A stretch of DNA of 64,000 bases from Leptospiraceae bacterium. Lineage in GTDB: Bacteria; Spirochaetota; Leptospiria; Leptospirales; Leptonemataceae. The position numbers and the translations under genes are program-made. How positions within the stretch are numbered: position 1 is the first letter of the stretch; each line of letters starts with the position of its first letter. Under the pieces are notes generated by a model. The model was given only the letters and a program-made list of their open reading frames with translations. It searched no databases and was not told the origin of the DNA. Location of the stretch: contig JAVJNR010000009.1 in the NCBI GenBank assembly GCA_040217195.1, positions 96,001-160,000 on the forward strand, given 5' to 3'. Positions 31,482 through 41,618 of this stretch are shown in pieces.

Positions 31482-31946
31482 ATGCGAACCTTTCGAGCCC
31501 TGACGGGAGCTATTCTACTTGGCATTATTTCTCAATGTATCTGGATTCCTGCGCGAGACCCGGAAGACAGCCGTGGACTGTTCTGGTGCCCTCCCCTTCC
31601 TAACTGCGCCTCCACCGAGTCCTGGGTTCCCTATCTTCATGGAACGGATCCATTTATCCTGAAAATGCCAATGGATGAGGCATGGCCCATAGTTCTGGCA
31701 ACCGTGAAAGAGATGGAGCGAACGGATGTGAGCACTCAGTGGGATGGTTATCTATATGCGAAGGCCTACAGTCGCGTTTTTCATTTCCTGGACTTTCTGG
31801 AAGTTTTGGCTGTGCCCGAAGAAAATCGGCTGGCGGTACGCTCCTCTTCTATGCTGGGTATTACAGATTTCTGGGTCAACTATCGCAGAGTGGAGCGATT
31901 AAGAGATTTGCTGGTGGAAAAAGGAGTCATAGAAGGCGAAAACTAA
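31482..31946 (+). CDS. DUF1499-family protein (probable lipoprotein)
   Basis: CPPLPNCAST...SRVFHFLD..E...VRSSSMLG..DFWVNYRRVERLR. Confidence 0.75.
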   Translation: MRTFRALTGAILLGIISQCIWIPARDPEDSRGLFWCPPLPNCASTESWVPYLHGTDPFILKMPMDEAWPIVLATVKEMERTDVSTQWDGYLYAKAYSRVFHFLDFLEVLAVPEENRLAVRSSSMLGITDFWVNYRRVERLRDLLVEKGVIEGEN

Positions 31947-31998
31947 ACTTGTATAGGCCACAGGATTGAACTTTTCTGGTGGCGTCTGACAAGAGATG

Positions 31999-32445
31999 TC
32001 ATCGATCCTTTTCCAGATCTCTGCGCAATTCCCGAATCACTTCAAGACAGGTAGATATCTTTCGCATGCTAACCCAGGGAATCCTGTCTCTGAAAAATCT
32101 CCTTTCCTGTCTTAGAAGGCTTTCTGCAGATCTGCGTCCGCTCACCGTCAAATTGATCAGATTGGATTTTTGATGTCTGGGATTCGATTCCTTGAGCAGC
32201 ATACCCTGCTCAATCAGCAGATCCACCACTTGCTGCATCCTCTGTCTGCTCACTGCTTTTCTGTAGGCCAGGTCTGGAACCGTCAGCGGGCCTTCCGAGA
32301 AAATTGCAAACAGAGTGAAACGCCCGGTTCGTCCACCGGGAAAAGGCTGCTTTTCTTCAATATCTTTGAACGCAAAATAAGATCTGTAGATCTCATCTGA
32401 AATCTCCAGAAGTTCCATCTCGCGGCTTCGTCCATCCCGGGCCAT
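31999..32445 (-). CDS. MarR-family transcriptional regulator
   Basis: GPLTVPDLA...VSRQ.MQ.VVD.L...NPRHQKS.LI.LT..G. Confidence 0.85.
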   Translation of the reverse strand: MARDGRSREMELLEISDEIYRSYFAFKDIEEKQPFPGGRTGRFTLFAIFSEGPLTVPDLAYRKAVSRQRMQQVVDLLIEQGMLLKESNPRHQKSNLINLTVSGRRSAESLLRQERRFFRDRIPWVSMRKISTCLEVIRELRRDLEKDR

Positions 32446-32451
32446 ACTCCA

Positions 32452-32490
32452 TTGGACAGTGAATTGTCATTATGGCAAGTAGATTGTCAT
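32452..32490. promoter_or_regulatory. Candidate MarR operator
   Basis: ATGGCAA-N5-TTGTCAT inverted repeat at 32472-32490. ATTGTCAT is also repeated 20 bp earlier, between divergent genes. Confidence 0.4.
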
Positions 32491-32572
32491 CCTGAGCTAT
32501 TTTTTCTGCATTTGAGCGACCCAACGCTTTAAGCGGATTTGACTCAAATAGTAAACCGGGCTATCAAGACCT

Positions 32573-32989
32573 ATGATAGTAAACGTTATGCTGTGGGTAA
32601 TCCTGGCCATTTTCCTGGTGGCAACCAGTTTGATTCCCGGAATTGCACCCGCCCAGATCGAAAATGTAGACACCACTGCCAGACTATTCCAGTACATCAT
32701 TGGATCAATCTGGCTGGCTTTTCTTGTCTACAGCCTTTATTGTTCCTACCGGGAAAGCCTGGTAAAGACCGTTCGCAGAATGGCATCCTGGCACTGGGGA
32801 AGACAGATTGGATTGGACCTTTATCTGGGACTTCTGATGTTTTGCGGGCTGATCTTCTTAGTAGAAGGAAATGTATGGATCGCTCTGGTCTGGCTGGTTC
32901 CAACGCTCATTTATGGTAATCTGGTGCCTCTATTCTATGCGTTCACTAGATTGCCAGTGATTGTAATGGCTTTCCAGCAGGGGACCTGA
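32573..32989 (+). CDS. Small integral membrane protein (DUF1475-like)
   Basis: Four hydrophobic segments, WG.QI.LDLYLG. Confidence 0.6.
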   Translation: MIVNVMLWVILAIFLVATSLIPGIAPAQIENVDTTARLFQYIIGSIWLAFLVYSLYCSYRESLVKTVRRMASWHWGRQIGLDLYLGLLMFCGLIFLVEGNVWIALVWLVPTLIYGNLVPLFYAFTRLPVIVMAFQQGT

Positions 32990-33168
32990 TCTACTTTCGG
33001 CTGCCCGAAATGTATACCCGCTATTTGCAGCATTGCTGCTTGCAACGGGCCTGCAGGTGGAGAAACAATGAGTTGTGGAGCTGAATTTTCTCCCTTTAAA
33101 AAAAAAACGGTGGCTTCGATACGGTACCGGGCATAATGAGCCGGCTGACCAGGCCCCGGATTTAGGTA

Positions 33169-33822
33169 GTGAAACTCTGGCTCTTAATTACAATTCCAAT
33201 GATGTCTCTGGCATTTGGCTGCTGGTTACATCCTGTTTATCAGCAGGAGAATGCGAATTCACCGCCAGAAGAGCGAAGCCTGCTGGCCCTGATAGCGGGA
33301 AGCAATTCGGACAGCTCTGCTTCCCGGGGGTTCAAATACCTTTTTGTGACATCGGCCACTCCCACAGGAGGAGCCGTAAACGGACTGTCCGGAGCGGATC
33401 TCCTTTGCCAGACAGATAGCAGAAACCCTGGAACCGGAACTTTCAAAGCATTACTTGGAATCAAGGATGTGCGTCACTGGTGCCGCTCCGACCAGGGTAG
33501 TTGTCCGGGAGGGAGCTCCATGAACTGGGTACTCAGCCCATCTACAGAATACCGTAGACTGGATGGGATTACAACAGTCGCTACATCCACCGCTGATTCA
33601 CATTTCCCTTTTCCTCTGGATAATACCTATTCCAATGATACGGATGATGCCTGGACCGGATTGGCAAGCGATATGAGCTCCAATTCAGGAACTTCGGAGT
33701 GCGGCAACTGGGTAAGCACAGGATGCTGTGGGAACCATATTGCACTTACAAACATTGTTGGTATCAACGAGGGAAACCTGAATTGCAGTTTTCCAGCCCG
33801 GCTGATCTGCGTTGAGCAATAG
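33169..33822 (+). CDS. DUF1554 / Len-like (endostatin-like) lipoprotein
   Basis: Lipobox AFGC, FVTS...GLSGAD.LC...FKALL...NWVL.P.TEY.R.DG...WTGL...C.NW...LICVEQ. Confidence 0.8.
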   Translation: MKLWLLITIPMMSLAFGCWLHPVYQQENANSPPEERSLLALIAGSNSDSSASRGFKYLFVTSATPTGGAVNGLSGADLLCQTDSRNPGTGTFKALLGIKDVRHWCRSDQGSCPGGSSMNWVLSPSTEYRRLDGITTVATSTADSHFPFPLDNTYSNDTDDAWTGLASDMSSNSGTSECGNWVSTGCCGNHIALTNIVGINEGNLNCSFPARLICVEQ

Positions 33823-33898
33823 AGAATCACCAACGACAGAATCGCTTGACTACTAAATAGTTCGTATATATTACTGTCCGGATTTAACGGAAGCAAGT

Positions 33899-34534
33899 AT
33901 GAAAATCAGCAGATTATTAACCACATCTTTCCTCGCACTGACTATTGCAGCCCAGTGCTCTGCGCCGCCAGAAGAGCAGGTTATGGAAACCTTCCAGACC
34001 TACAAATCAGCTATTCTGGACAAGAACGGTGAACTGGCCTACGAACAGGTAGATGCCAATACCAGGAAGCGCTATGCTCGCACTCTGGATCATGCACTGA
34101 ACCTGTCTGCTGTCAAAACAAGAGAACTTCCCATTGTTGATATGATGGAAGTATTGATGGCCCGTCACATGATTGAACCGGAAACCCTTCAGGCAATGGA
34201 TGGAAAAGGATTTTTCGTTCATGCAGTCAATGAAGGCTGGATCGATGAACAGGGAGTTCGGGGCCTGGAAATTGAAATTCAGAGTGTGGAAGGAACGAAA
34301 GCCACCACGCATGTAAAGAAGGGAGAGATTACCGCTCCCATTGGCTTTGAATTTAACCTCGAAGATGAAAAATGGAAAATCGATCTAACATCCATCCTGG
34401 GTATGGCAGAAAAACAATTCCAGGGAATCATTGATCAGTCCGGTATGAGCACCGAGGAACTGATGTTTGCAGTCCTGATGGAGTTGTCTGGCCAACAGCC
34501 CACTGCGACTATCTGGGAGCCGTTAAATCAATAA
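33899..34534 (+). CDS. Hypothetical lipoprotein
   Basis: Signal peptide ending AAQC, clean ORF. Confidence 0.7.
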   Translation: MKISRLLTTSFLALTIAAQCSAPPEEQVMETFQTYKSAILDKNGELAYEQVDANTRKRYARTLDHALNLSAVKTRELPIVDMMEVLMARHMIEPETLQAMDGKGFFVHAVNEGWIDEQGVRGLEIEIQSVEGTKATTHVKKGEITAPIGFEFNLEDEKWKIDLTSILGMAEKQFQGIIDQSGMSTEELMFAVLMELSGQQPTATIWEPLNQ

Positions 34535-34570
34535 TATTCCGGTCGAAGTATGCGAAACTGACACAGAAAT

Positions 34571-35497
34571 TCAAGCTCGATGAAGTCCAAAGTATTCGGC
34601 CAGCTGGTTGCGCGCATCTGAGTATCCAGCCTGGATCAACTGGTCCGCCTGCCTTGCAGTAAAATTCAGAATAGACTGGAAACCCAGCATACGATGAGGA
34701 GCTACAGTGGCAATTCTAGTATCGCCCAGAGTTAACGTTCTACGCACCAGGCTTTGAAGCATACCCTGCTGTTCTCGCAGCTTGAATTCCCAGGAAAGAT
34801 GGGCCATAAAGGATTCGTAAGAGCCAATCAAGGATTGCTCAAATACCCTTTCTGCAGCCTGCCTGCGACTGTTGGGAAGAGGCATACGGGCACCGCCCAC
34901 CGGACTCAGTAGTACTACAATTACTTCCCGTGCCCCTCGCTCCAGAGCTGGCAGAATGGGAGTGTTGGCCATGACTCCTCCATCCCAGTAAGGCTCACCA
35001 TCTATGTACTGCCAGGGAAATAAAATGGGTATGGCGCTGGATGCCATAACATGCTCAATGTCGATGACCTGATTGTTAAAAAATTTCAGCCGAGACTTCA
35101 GAATATTTACGGCTGTGATAATGATTTCTCGATCGCTCTTTCGTAAAGTTCTGAGATCCATTCGATCCAGGATCAGGTTCTTCAATGGCTCGGTATCCAT
35201 TAAAGGACTAAACCCTCGCCTGGTAAAGAAATGAACGATCTGCTTCCATAGCGATATCCGGTAGATGCGCCCTCGTTCGATGGTTTTCCAGAGATGAACC
35301 AGTTCCTGCAGATTAAGGCCGCAGCCAATGGCGCTAGCATTTACGGCCCCCACCGAAGTGCCACAGATTAGATCTGGATTCCAGCCAATTTCCTGCAGGA
35401 ATTTCCACACTCCCACCTGATAGGCTCCCCTGGCCCCCCCGCCAGAAAGGATTAATGCTCTGTTTCGTTTTTTCTGTTGAACCGGCGCTGTTGCCAT
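34571..35497 (-). CDS. Patatin-like phospholipase
   Basis: SGGGARG, GTSVG, DGG. Confidence 0.92.
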   Translation of the reverse strand: MATAPVQQKKRNRALILSGGGARGAYQVGVWKFLQEIGWNPDLICGTSVGAVNASAIGCGLNLQELVHLWKTIERGRIYRISLWKQIVHFFTRRGFSPLMDTEPLKNLILDRMDLRTLRKSDREIIITAVNILKSRLKFFNNQVIDIEHVMASSAIPILFPWQYIDGEPYWDGGVMANTPILPALERGAREVIVVLLSPVGGARMPLPNSRRQAAERVFEQSLIGSYESFMAHLSWEFKLREQQGMLQSLVRRTLTLGDTRIATVAPHRMLGFQSILNFTARQADQLIQAGYSDARNQLAEYFGLHRA

Positions 35498-35616
35498 GGA
35501 ATAAGAAATTTAATCAGGGGCCTGTAGAGAAAGGACAAATTGAAGGTCCGGGCATAGAAAACCCGCGGGATTTCAGCCGAATTCGCCGGGCCTTACATTC
35601 AGCGGAAACTCATTTT

Positions 35617-36090
35617 CTACTGGGAGTCTGGATGATCCGCGGAATTCTTACCTTTCTTTACCACTTTGATTCTTTGCACGTCCAGAAGGAATCGCTCCGG
35701 ATCGCCTTCATATATAGCTAAGACCAGATAGGGTCCGCTTTTAACGACATACATATAGTCAGAAGGTACTATATAACCCAGCTCATGAAAAATTCCCCTG
35801 GTGTACATAGAGTCCCGGTTGATTTTTTCATATTCAAAATCCCCGACGTTGAGTTTCTTTACGTAATCAGCCCCTTCAAAAGTATCCTCCCTGGGAAGGA
35901 CGCTTTTTAACATACGCAGGAGATTATTCTCCAGTCGGTCCTTGCGGTCGGCTTCCGGGTCCTTCTGACCATCCATGTAGGAATCGTAGTAGTCTTGATC
36001 CAGATTCTTACCTGGTTGCTCCATCTTCTGATGGAATCCACTGATTTGTGGGTCGGTAATGGCCGTAAATATATAGAAGAGTACAAGCAT
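35617..36090 (-). CDS. Hypothetical protein
   Basis: ORF fills the gap and has protein-like composition. Start uncertain. Confidence 0.55.
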   Translation of the reverse strand: MLVLFYIFTAITDPQISGFHQKMEQPGKNLDQDYYDSYMDGQKDPEADRKDRLENNLLRMLKSVLPREDTFEGADYVKKLNVGDFEYEKINRDSMYTRGIFHELGYIVPSDYMYVVKSGPYLVLAIYEGDPERFLLDVQRIKVVKKGKNSADHPDSQ

Positions 36091-36112
36091 ACCCCGGAAA
36101 TAACCCGGGCAT

Positions 36113-37570
36113 TTGCCAAATCCAGTAGAATTTGGGGGCAGATTGGAAACATCGGCAGAAAAAGGACCTCATCGAGAACAGGTCAGACTGGAACTAAACG
36201 TTCAAAATGATATGATTGCCACTGTACGGATACGTGGCAATCCAGATACCTCATTTGCCGCCGCACAAATCTATCAGGCCCTAAATGAACACCATGTCAA
36301 ATACGGTGTGGATCAGCAGGCCATTGAAAAGGTAGTCCATACGGTGCGAAGCAGCATCGAGCCAGTCCACATAGAAGAAACTGTAGCCCGGGGGCATCCA
36401 GCCACTCCTGGCATCGATGGCAGCTACCACAGGCTTGTCCGGGAAGTAAACAAGGTCAATATTCGAGAGGATGGCAAAGCGGATTTCCGCAACATCGAAA
36501 AATTCGTCACTGTGGACAAAGGCGACCCTGTAGTTGAAATAGTTCCTGCAAGCCCGGGCAAACCCGGGTATAATCTGTACGGTGATGAAATCCATCCAGA
36601 GCCGGCAAATCCCGCTCCCAGAAAGCCGGGAAAGAACATCAGTCAGATGCCAGGCTCCAATAAGTACATTGCCAGAATCCATGGAATCTATGTGGACGAT
36701 GGAAATACAATCGACATCAGCCCGGAGCTGGTGGTGGAAGGAAATGCTGGCCTGGAAACTGGAAACATTGAGTACGATGGTAACGTTCGCATTCTGGGGA
36801 ATATTGAACGTGGCACTCAGGTTCGCGTGGGCGGGAATCTCTATGTTGGAGGCACCATCGAATCCGGGCACTTAAAGGTTGCTGGAGATATTGAAGTGCA
36901 CCAGGGAATCAACACAGCCCGACAGGGAACCCTGCAATGCAGTGGAAGTATCCAGTCCACATATATTGAAAATTCAGTCATTATCGCAGATGGCAGTCTT
37001 TATGTTCAGAAATCCATCCTGGCCAGCTATGTAATAACCCATGAGAATATTGAACTGGCATCTGGAGGTTCAGTACTGGCCGGAAGCGAAGTAGTCTGCT
37101 TTGGCAATCTCTCCACCGATCATCTGGGTAGCAAGGCGGGAAGCGTCACTCGACTGTTTATGGGCACCCATTACAAGAATACCAGACAATGGGAACAATC
37201 CAGAAAAGAACTGGAAGGCCTGGAAGAACATATAAATAAATTAACCCATTCTCTGAAGCAGTATCGCGATAAAGTGCAGCGATATCGCGGCAATCCTCCG
37301 GTGACCCTGCAGGCTGAAATACGTCAGTCTTTTCGAGAATACAAGGAGGAACTGGCAAAACAGAAACGAGCCAGATCTATTTTTAACTACCTATCCCAGC
37401 ATAGAAACAATCCTGACTCCATTCGAATCACAGCAAGACAGATGATTCATCCAGGGGCAGAAATTCGCTACCACGGGCATACAGAAAAATACACCACGGA
37501 ATCTTCGGCCACCGTTCTGGAATACTTTCCCGGTGAACAGAAGCCAGAGATTAAAGCTTTCAAGAAATGA
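36113..37570 (+). CDS. FapA/DUF342-family protein
   Basis: VKYGVD, G.ADFR, TGNIEYDGNV.I.G, beta-helix repeats and a coiled coil. Confidence 0.85.
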   Translation: MPNPVEFGGRLETSAEKGPHREQVRLELNVQNDMIATVRIRGNPDTSFAAAQIYQALNEHHVKYGVDQQAIEKVVHTVRSSIEPVHIEETVARGHPATPGIDGSYHRLVREVNKVNIREDGKADFRNIEKFVTVDKGDPVVEIVPASPGKPGYNLYGDEIHPEPANPAPRKPGKNISQMPGSNKYIARIHGIYVDDGNTIDISPELVVEGNAGLETGNIEYDGNVRILGNIERGTQVRVGGNLYVGGTIESGHLKVAGDIEVHQGINTARQGTLQCSGSIQSTYIENSVIIADGSLYVQKSILASYVITHENIELASGGSVLAGSEVVCFGNLSTDHLGSKAGSVTRLFMGTHYKNTRQWEQSRKELEGLEEHINKLTHSLKQYRDKVQRYRGNPPVTLQAEIRQSFREYKEELAKQKRARSIFNYLSQHRNNPDSIRITARQMIHPGAEIRYHGHTEKYTTESSATVLEYFPGEQKPEIKAFKK

Positions 37571-37857
37571 TCTACCTGCAGGGGACCCGGCAGCTCCCCA
37601 GTGGATATACATTGGCGGATTGCGCTCATATTACCTGAGCTTCAAAAAAGGATGGACCCGATCTGTGTATTCATTTATTATGAAGGCCAGTTCCAACCCG
37701 AGCGGTGTTGCCAACGAAAGAAGGCAATTAGAACAATGGTAATATAATCACTCCCATATCTTCGCTGAAACAGTCAGCTTCCGAATTCGGCATCGCGAAA
37801 TCGGATTATTATGATTTTGGATCCGACCCGAGCGTTGGACCAATACAGGAGTGAGTT

Positions 37858-38397
37858 TTGAAAGAAATAGTATATCATGTGGCCATTTCTCTGGATGGCT
37901 TTATTGCACATTTGGATGGCTCTGCTGAAGGCTTTCTGTGGGAAGGCCAGCACGTCACAGACTATCTTGAATCCCTAAAAGAGTACGATACGGCCATCAT
38001 GGGCCGCAAAACCTATGAGTCTGGTTATCAGTTTGGGATGAAACCGGGAGCCAATCCCTACCCGCATATGAGAACTCTGGTTTTTTCCAGCCGGCTTCAT
38101 TTGCCGGAGGGTGCAGATCAAGGAATCGAATGCATTGGGCAGGAGTTTATCCCATCCGTTCAAAAGCTCAAGGATGGCCCGGGTAAACCAATCTATCTTT
38201 GCGGAGGAGGAGAATTCGCAGGACTTTTGATGCAACATGATCTTGTGGATCGCTTGATCTTGAAGTTGAATCCGGTCACCTTTGGTAATGGTATTCCTCT
38301 GTGGCGATGTGCTCAGTCCGCAATCCGTAGTTGGTCCTTGAAGCAACAGATGGCCTATGGCAATGGTCTTCTATTGCTCGAGTATGTCCGAAACTAA
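37858..38397 (+). CDS. Dihydrofolate reductase/RibD C-terminal family protein
   Basis: AISLDGFIA, MGRKTYE, YLCGGG, P..FG.GIPL. Confidence 0.9.
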   Translation: MKEIVYHVAISLDGFIAHLDGSAEGFLWEGQHVTDYLESLKEYDTAIMGRKTYESGYQFGMKPGANPYPHMRTLVFSSRLHLPEGADQGIECIGQEFIPSVQKLKDGPGKPIYLCGGGEFAGLLMQHDLVDRLILKLNPVTFGNGIPLWRCAQSAIRSWSLKQQMAYGNGLLLLEYVRN

Positions 38398-38406
38398 TTC
38401 CGGTAG

Positions 38407-38435
38407 GCCGCGCTTTTCTCAGCGCGGCTTTTTTT
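38407..38435 (+). terminator. Intrinsic terminator
   Basis: GCCGCGCT-tttctc-AGCGCGGC followed by T7, just after the stop at 38397. Confidence 0.8.
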
Positions 38436-38524
38436 CGGATTGAGATCAGAGCAAATCCGCGAAGAAAATCTATTCGCGGATCTCGATCCAGGGCTCCAGC
38501 TTTGGGGATGTAGCCATCGTGCAA
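38429..38524 (-). pseudogene. Truncated N-terminus of an OpgC/acyltransferase-like membrane protein
   Basis: RDPRIDFLRGFALISI motif. Similarity ends at the convergent terminator. Confidence 0.5.
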
Positions 38525-38577
38525 GGAAAAATGGAATTGGCCTTCCGTTCCGGAAGTACGGAAAGCTTCCAGGGTAA

Positions 38578-39819
38578 TTATCGCTTCAATCCCAGTTGAT
38601 ACTGCACTGTCTGCATGCGACCATTCACCATTTCTTTCCAGGGCCCATGCTTCTTGTTCTGAACGAAAGTGCCTTCGCCCACCACCTGACCACCGGGCCC
38701 ATAGAGCTTCCAGGGACCATTCTTGAATATGGCCGATGTATGGATTCGATCTTCGCTCTGCTCATACTTCACAAGGCCCATCGATAGTGGGCCCTCGGCT
38801 GATTTTCTTCCATTTTCATAGAGAACCGCATATTTGGGTGAGAAATCGTTGCCTTCGAAGCGAAATTGAAATATGATATTTCCCGATTTGTCCCAGAATG
38901 TCCACATACCCTGCCTGGCATGTACTCGCTGTCCCATGGCCATTTTCTGTCCCGATTCATAGTACTCGGTCCAGGTTCCGTTTCGCTTTCCTGTAGTGGG
39001 ATTGTAAGAGCCTTCTGAAAAGAGCTTACCGTTATCGTGATAGATCTTCCAGGTGCCGATTCGCTTTTCGCATTTGGTCTTATCTCCATCCGGAGGATTC
39101 TGAAGGCAGGTCAGATCGGCCCGGTAATCTCCGGTGGCCATAGGCTCCCCTGTAGGATGATAAAATGCTGCCGGACCGTCTTTAAGCCCTTTTCTGTATT
39201 CACCCACAAAGCCTTTATAGATATCCCCATCCTGGGATTTCATACATTCGGTCCACTCTCCCTGCTTGTTGTCTTCCACGTATCGCCCGGTAGAAATACA
39301 ATCGCTGTTCGCTGCCAGTCTTTCTTCCCAGGTACCGGTTTTCTTGCCATTACTGTTCTGCCCTCTGGCACGCCAGTCTCTGGTGCCCGGAAAGTAAAAT
39401 GTATCCTGGCCATTCTGAAAGTCATTTTGATACATAACCTCGCGAATCAACTGCCCTTCCTGGCTGTAAAACGTCCACATACCTTCCTTTTTTCCAGCAC
39501 TGTATTGACCTTCGCCCAGTTTTCCACCTGATGAGTAGTACTGAATCCACTGGCCTTCTTCCTTCAATTGAAGCATTTGCTTGTCGTTAAAGCCTTCTGC
39601 ATCGGAACAGCTTGCACCGGAGGGTAGTGCCACCGGTCCTTTTTGTAGTATGCTACCTGTATCTTTCTTGTAGTGTACACGGATAGTCTGAGAATTCTCA
39701 CAGAAGATATCCACGACTTTGCCAGGCTGATTTTCATCCACGGAGGCGGTCTTACAGCCTGCCATGGAAGCGAAGAAAAGAATGGAAAGGATTGGCAAAA
39801 TGCTTTTCAGAAGAGACAT
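38578..39819 (-). CDS. MORN-variant repeat lipoprotein
   Basis: Lipobox MAGC, repeated G.W..YY..G....EG.Y..GK. Start taken at ATG 39819. Confidence 0.85.
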   Translation of the reverse strand: MSLLKSILPILSILFFASMAGCKTASVDENQPGKVVDIFCENSQTIRVHYKKDTGSILQKGPVALPSGASCSDAEGFNDKQMLQLKEEGQWIQYYSSGGKLGEGQYSAGKKEGMWTFYSQEGQLIREVMYQNDFQNGQDTFYFPGTRDWRARGQNSNGKKTGTWEERLAANSDCISTGRYVEDNKQGEWTECMKSQDGDIYKGFVGEYRKGLKDGPAAFYHPTGEPMATGDYRADLTCLQNPPDGDKTKCEKRIGTWKIYHDNGKLFSEGSYNPTTGKRNGTWTEYYESGQKMAMGQRVHARQGMWTFWDKSGNIIFQFRFEGNDFSPKYAVLYENGRKSAEGPLSMGLVKYEQSEDRIHTSAIFKNGPWKLYGPGGQVVGEGTFVQNKKHGPWKEMVNGRMQTVQYQLGLKR

Positions 39820-39835
39820 AGGTAGAGAGGAACAA

Positions 39836-40552
39836 ATGGTGCAGAGGATGGCAAGACTTTTCAATTCAGGAACATACCTCTCTATACTGATCTGGATTGC
39901 CGGATGTTCAGCGCCAGGGCCCATTCTTCCGACGAAAGAGGCTCCTGCCGCCTCACCGGCCCTCTACGAAATGGATGCACTGCAACATAGATTCAAAAAC
40001 AATGTGGCGGCCTTCTTGCAGATTTTTCCAGGCGGAAGAACGGAACTATGGCAACTCTCCCTGAGTAGCACAGGCAAGATTCATCTGTTTCAATACATTG
40101 GACACAGCTATGACGGAAATGAGATTGAGTTTCGAGCTCAGAAATGTTTCCTGCATGCGAAGGATACTCCTGACTCTGATCTGGTCGCTCTGGAAGTATT
40201 CACCTGTGATCATCTAATCGTGGAGCTTCAACCAGCCGATTGTACGGGCTGCCTGATTACTACCAGGGGGCCCTATGGGGATGAACTCACAGATGCCTCG
40301 GACTTTCTGCTGGACCGACATCTAACGCCACTATCGTCTACCCGATATACCGGCAAAAAAATGGATGCATTTAGCGACCCTACTCAGGTATGGTACTGGG
40401 GACTGAGTCGTGAGCGAAAACCTGCGACAGGCACGACCACATCTGCGGGAACAGTCAAGACGGTTCTGGACGGATTCGTGCAGATTGAGCCGGGACCGGG
40501 ACCGGATAGAATTAGTATCCCGCTGCCGGAACCGAGCAGTGATTTGTTTTGA
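39836..40552 (+). CDS. Hypothetical lipoprotein
   Basis: LSILIWIAGC lipobox. Start 39836 or 39848. Confidence 0.6.
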   Translation: MVQRMARLFNSGTYLSILIWIAGCSAPGPILPTKEAPAASPALYEMDALQHRFKNNVAAFLQIFPGGRTELWQLSLSSTGKIHLFQYIGHSYDGNEIEFRAQKCFLHAKDTPDSDLVALEVFTCDHLIVELQPADCTGCLITTRGPYGDELTDASDFLLDRHLTPLSSTRYTGKKMDAFSDPTQVWYWGLSRERKPATGTTTSAGTVKTVLDGFVQIEPGPGPDRISIPLPEPSSDLF

Positions 40553-40673
40553 TATCAGGGATTCCTACCCAGGGGATCGAATTGGATCGAATCTGTGTCA
40601 GAATGGATCCCAATCCCACCGGGGATAAAGAATGCCAGATTTAGCTCGAAATGGTATTCAACTTTCGTAATTA

Positions 40674-41543
40674 ATGTCTTTTAAAACTCTGGATAGAACT
40701 ATGCCAACTGTAGAAGAATATATAGAACAAATTCGAGACCTGGCCATTATACCCCCGGTCCTGGTTTCCGTACTTAGTCTGCCGGACGATACGGATCTAT
40801 CCTTTGGAAAGCTGGAGAATATGGTTCAATCGGACCAGGTGCTGGTAGCTCGAATGCTAAAACTGGCCAATTCCCCTTTTTACAGCCGTGGGAATCGAGT
40901 TACTGGAATCCGTCAGGTAATTACCAGACTGGGGTTTCGAACTGTTCGATCCATGGTGGCCATCGCTCTAGCAGATTCCATCTTTATGCACGGAAATTAC
41001 AGAAAGTTCAAAGATGAAGTCTGGACTCATTCCATTTCCACCGGTGTACTGGCTCATTACCTGGCCCATGACTACAAAATGAAGGAGTACGAAGATTTCG
41101 CGCTTGTGGCCGGACTCCTGCTGGACCTGGGTAAAGTGGTATTGAACTCCCTGGACAGAAAAAAATACATTGAAGTACTGACTGAATTCCTGGAAGAAGG
41201 ACAGACGAAGCCTATCGAAGAGTTTGAGGAAAAGAGATTTGGTGTTCGCTCCGAGGTAATCGCAGTGGAAGCCGCGAAATTGTGGAACCTGCCCGGTTCC
41301 GTAGTGGAAATCCTGGAACAAAGGCCTCTAAACATAGAAGAACAAAAGGATTTGTCTAGATTATTGAACCTGGCCGACCTGCTGGTGCGCAAACTGGGAT
41401 TTGGTAAAATGTTAGCCCACCACGAAAGCGAACTGGAACAGTACGCAGAGTATTACGGAATTACTCTGTCTGACGATTACCTGGAAGCAAAGAAGAAACA
41501 GATTGAGGCCGACGGACTTTACCAGTTCTGCCTGAGCCTCTAA
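40674..41543 (+). CDS. HDOD domain protein
   Basis: DQVLVARMLKLANSPFY...RLGFRTVR...WTHS...AGLLLDLGK...WNLP. Confidence 0.9.
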   Translation: MSFKTLDRTMPTVEEYIEQIRDLAIIPPVLVSVLSLPDDTDLSFGKLENMVQSDQVLVARMLKLANSPFYSRGNRVTGIRQVITRLGFRTVRSMVAIALADSIFMHGNYRKFKDEVWTHSISTGVLAHYLAHDYKMKEYEDFALVAGLLLDLGKVVLNSLDRKKYIEVLTEFLEEGQTKPIEEFEEKRFGVRSEVIAVEAAKLWNLPGSVVEILEQRPLNIEEQKDLSRLLNLADLLVRKLGFGKMLAHHESELEQYAEYYGITLSDDYLEAKKKQIEADGLYQFCLSL

Positions 41544-41618
41544 TCCATTTCCTGGCTCGTGCCAGAATCCAGACCTATCCTAAAATAACGGAGGCAACTC
41601 CGAAAACAGGGAAGAGAT

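Noticed and set aside
38578..39819. Toxin-antitoxin (YwqK) call for the MORN-variant protein
   Set aside because: It has a lipoprotein signal and there is no adjacent toxin gene.
40553..40630. Short imperfect GGGAT/ATCCC repeats upstream of the HDOD gene
   Set aside because: Too short and irregular to distinguish from chance.
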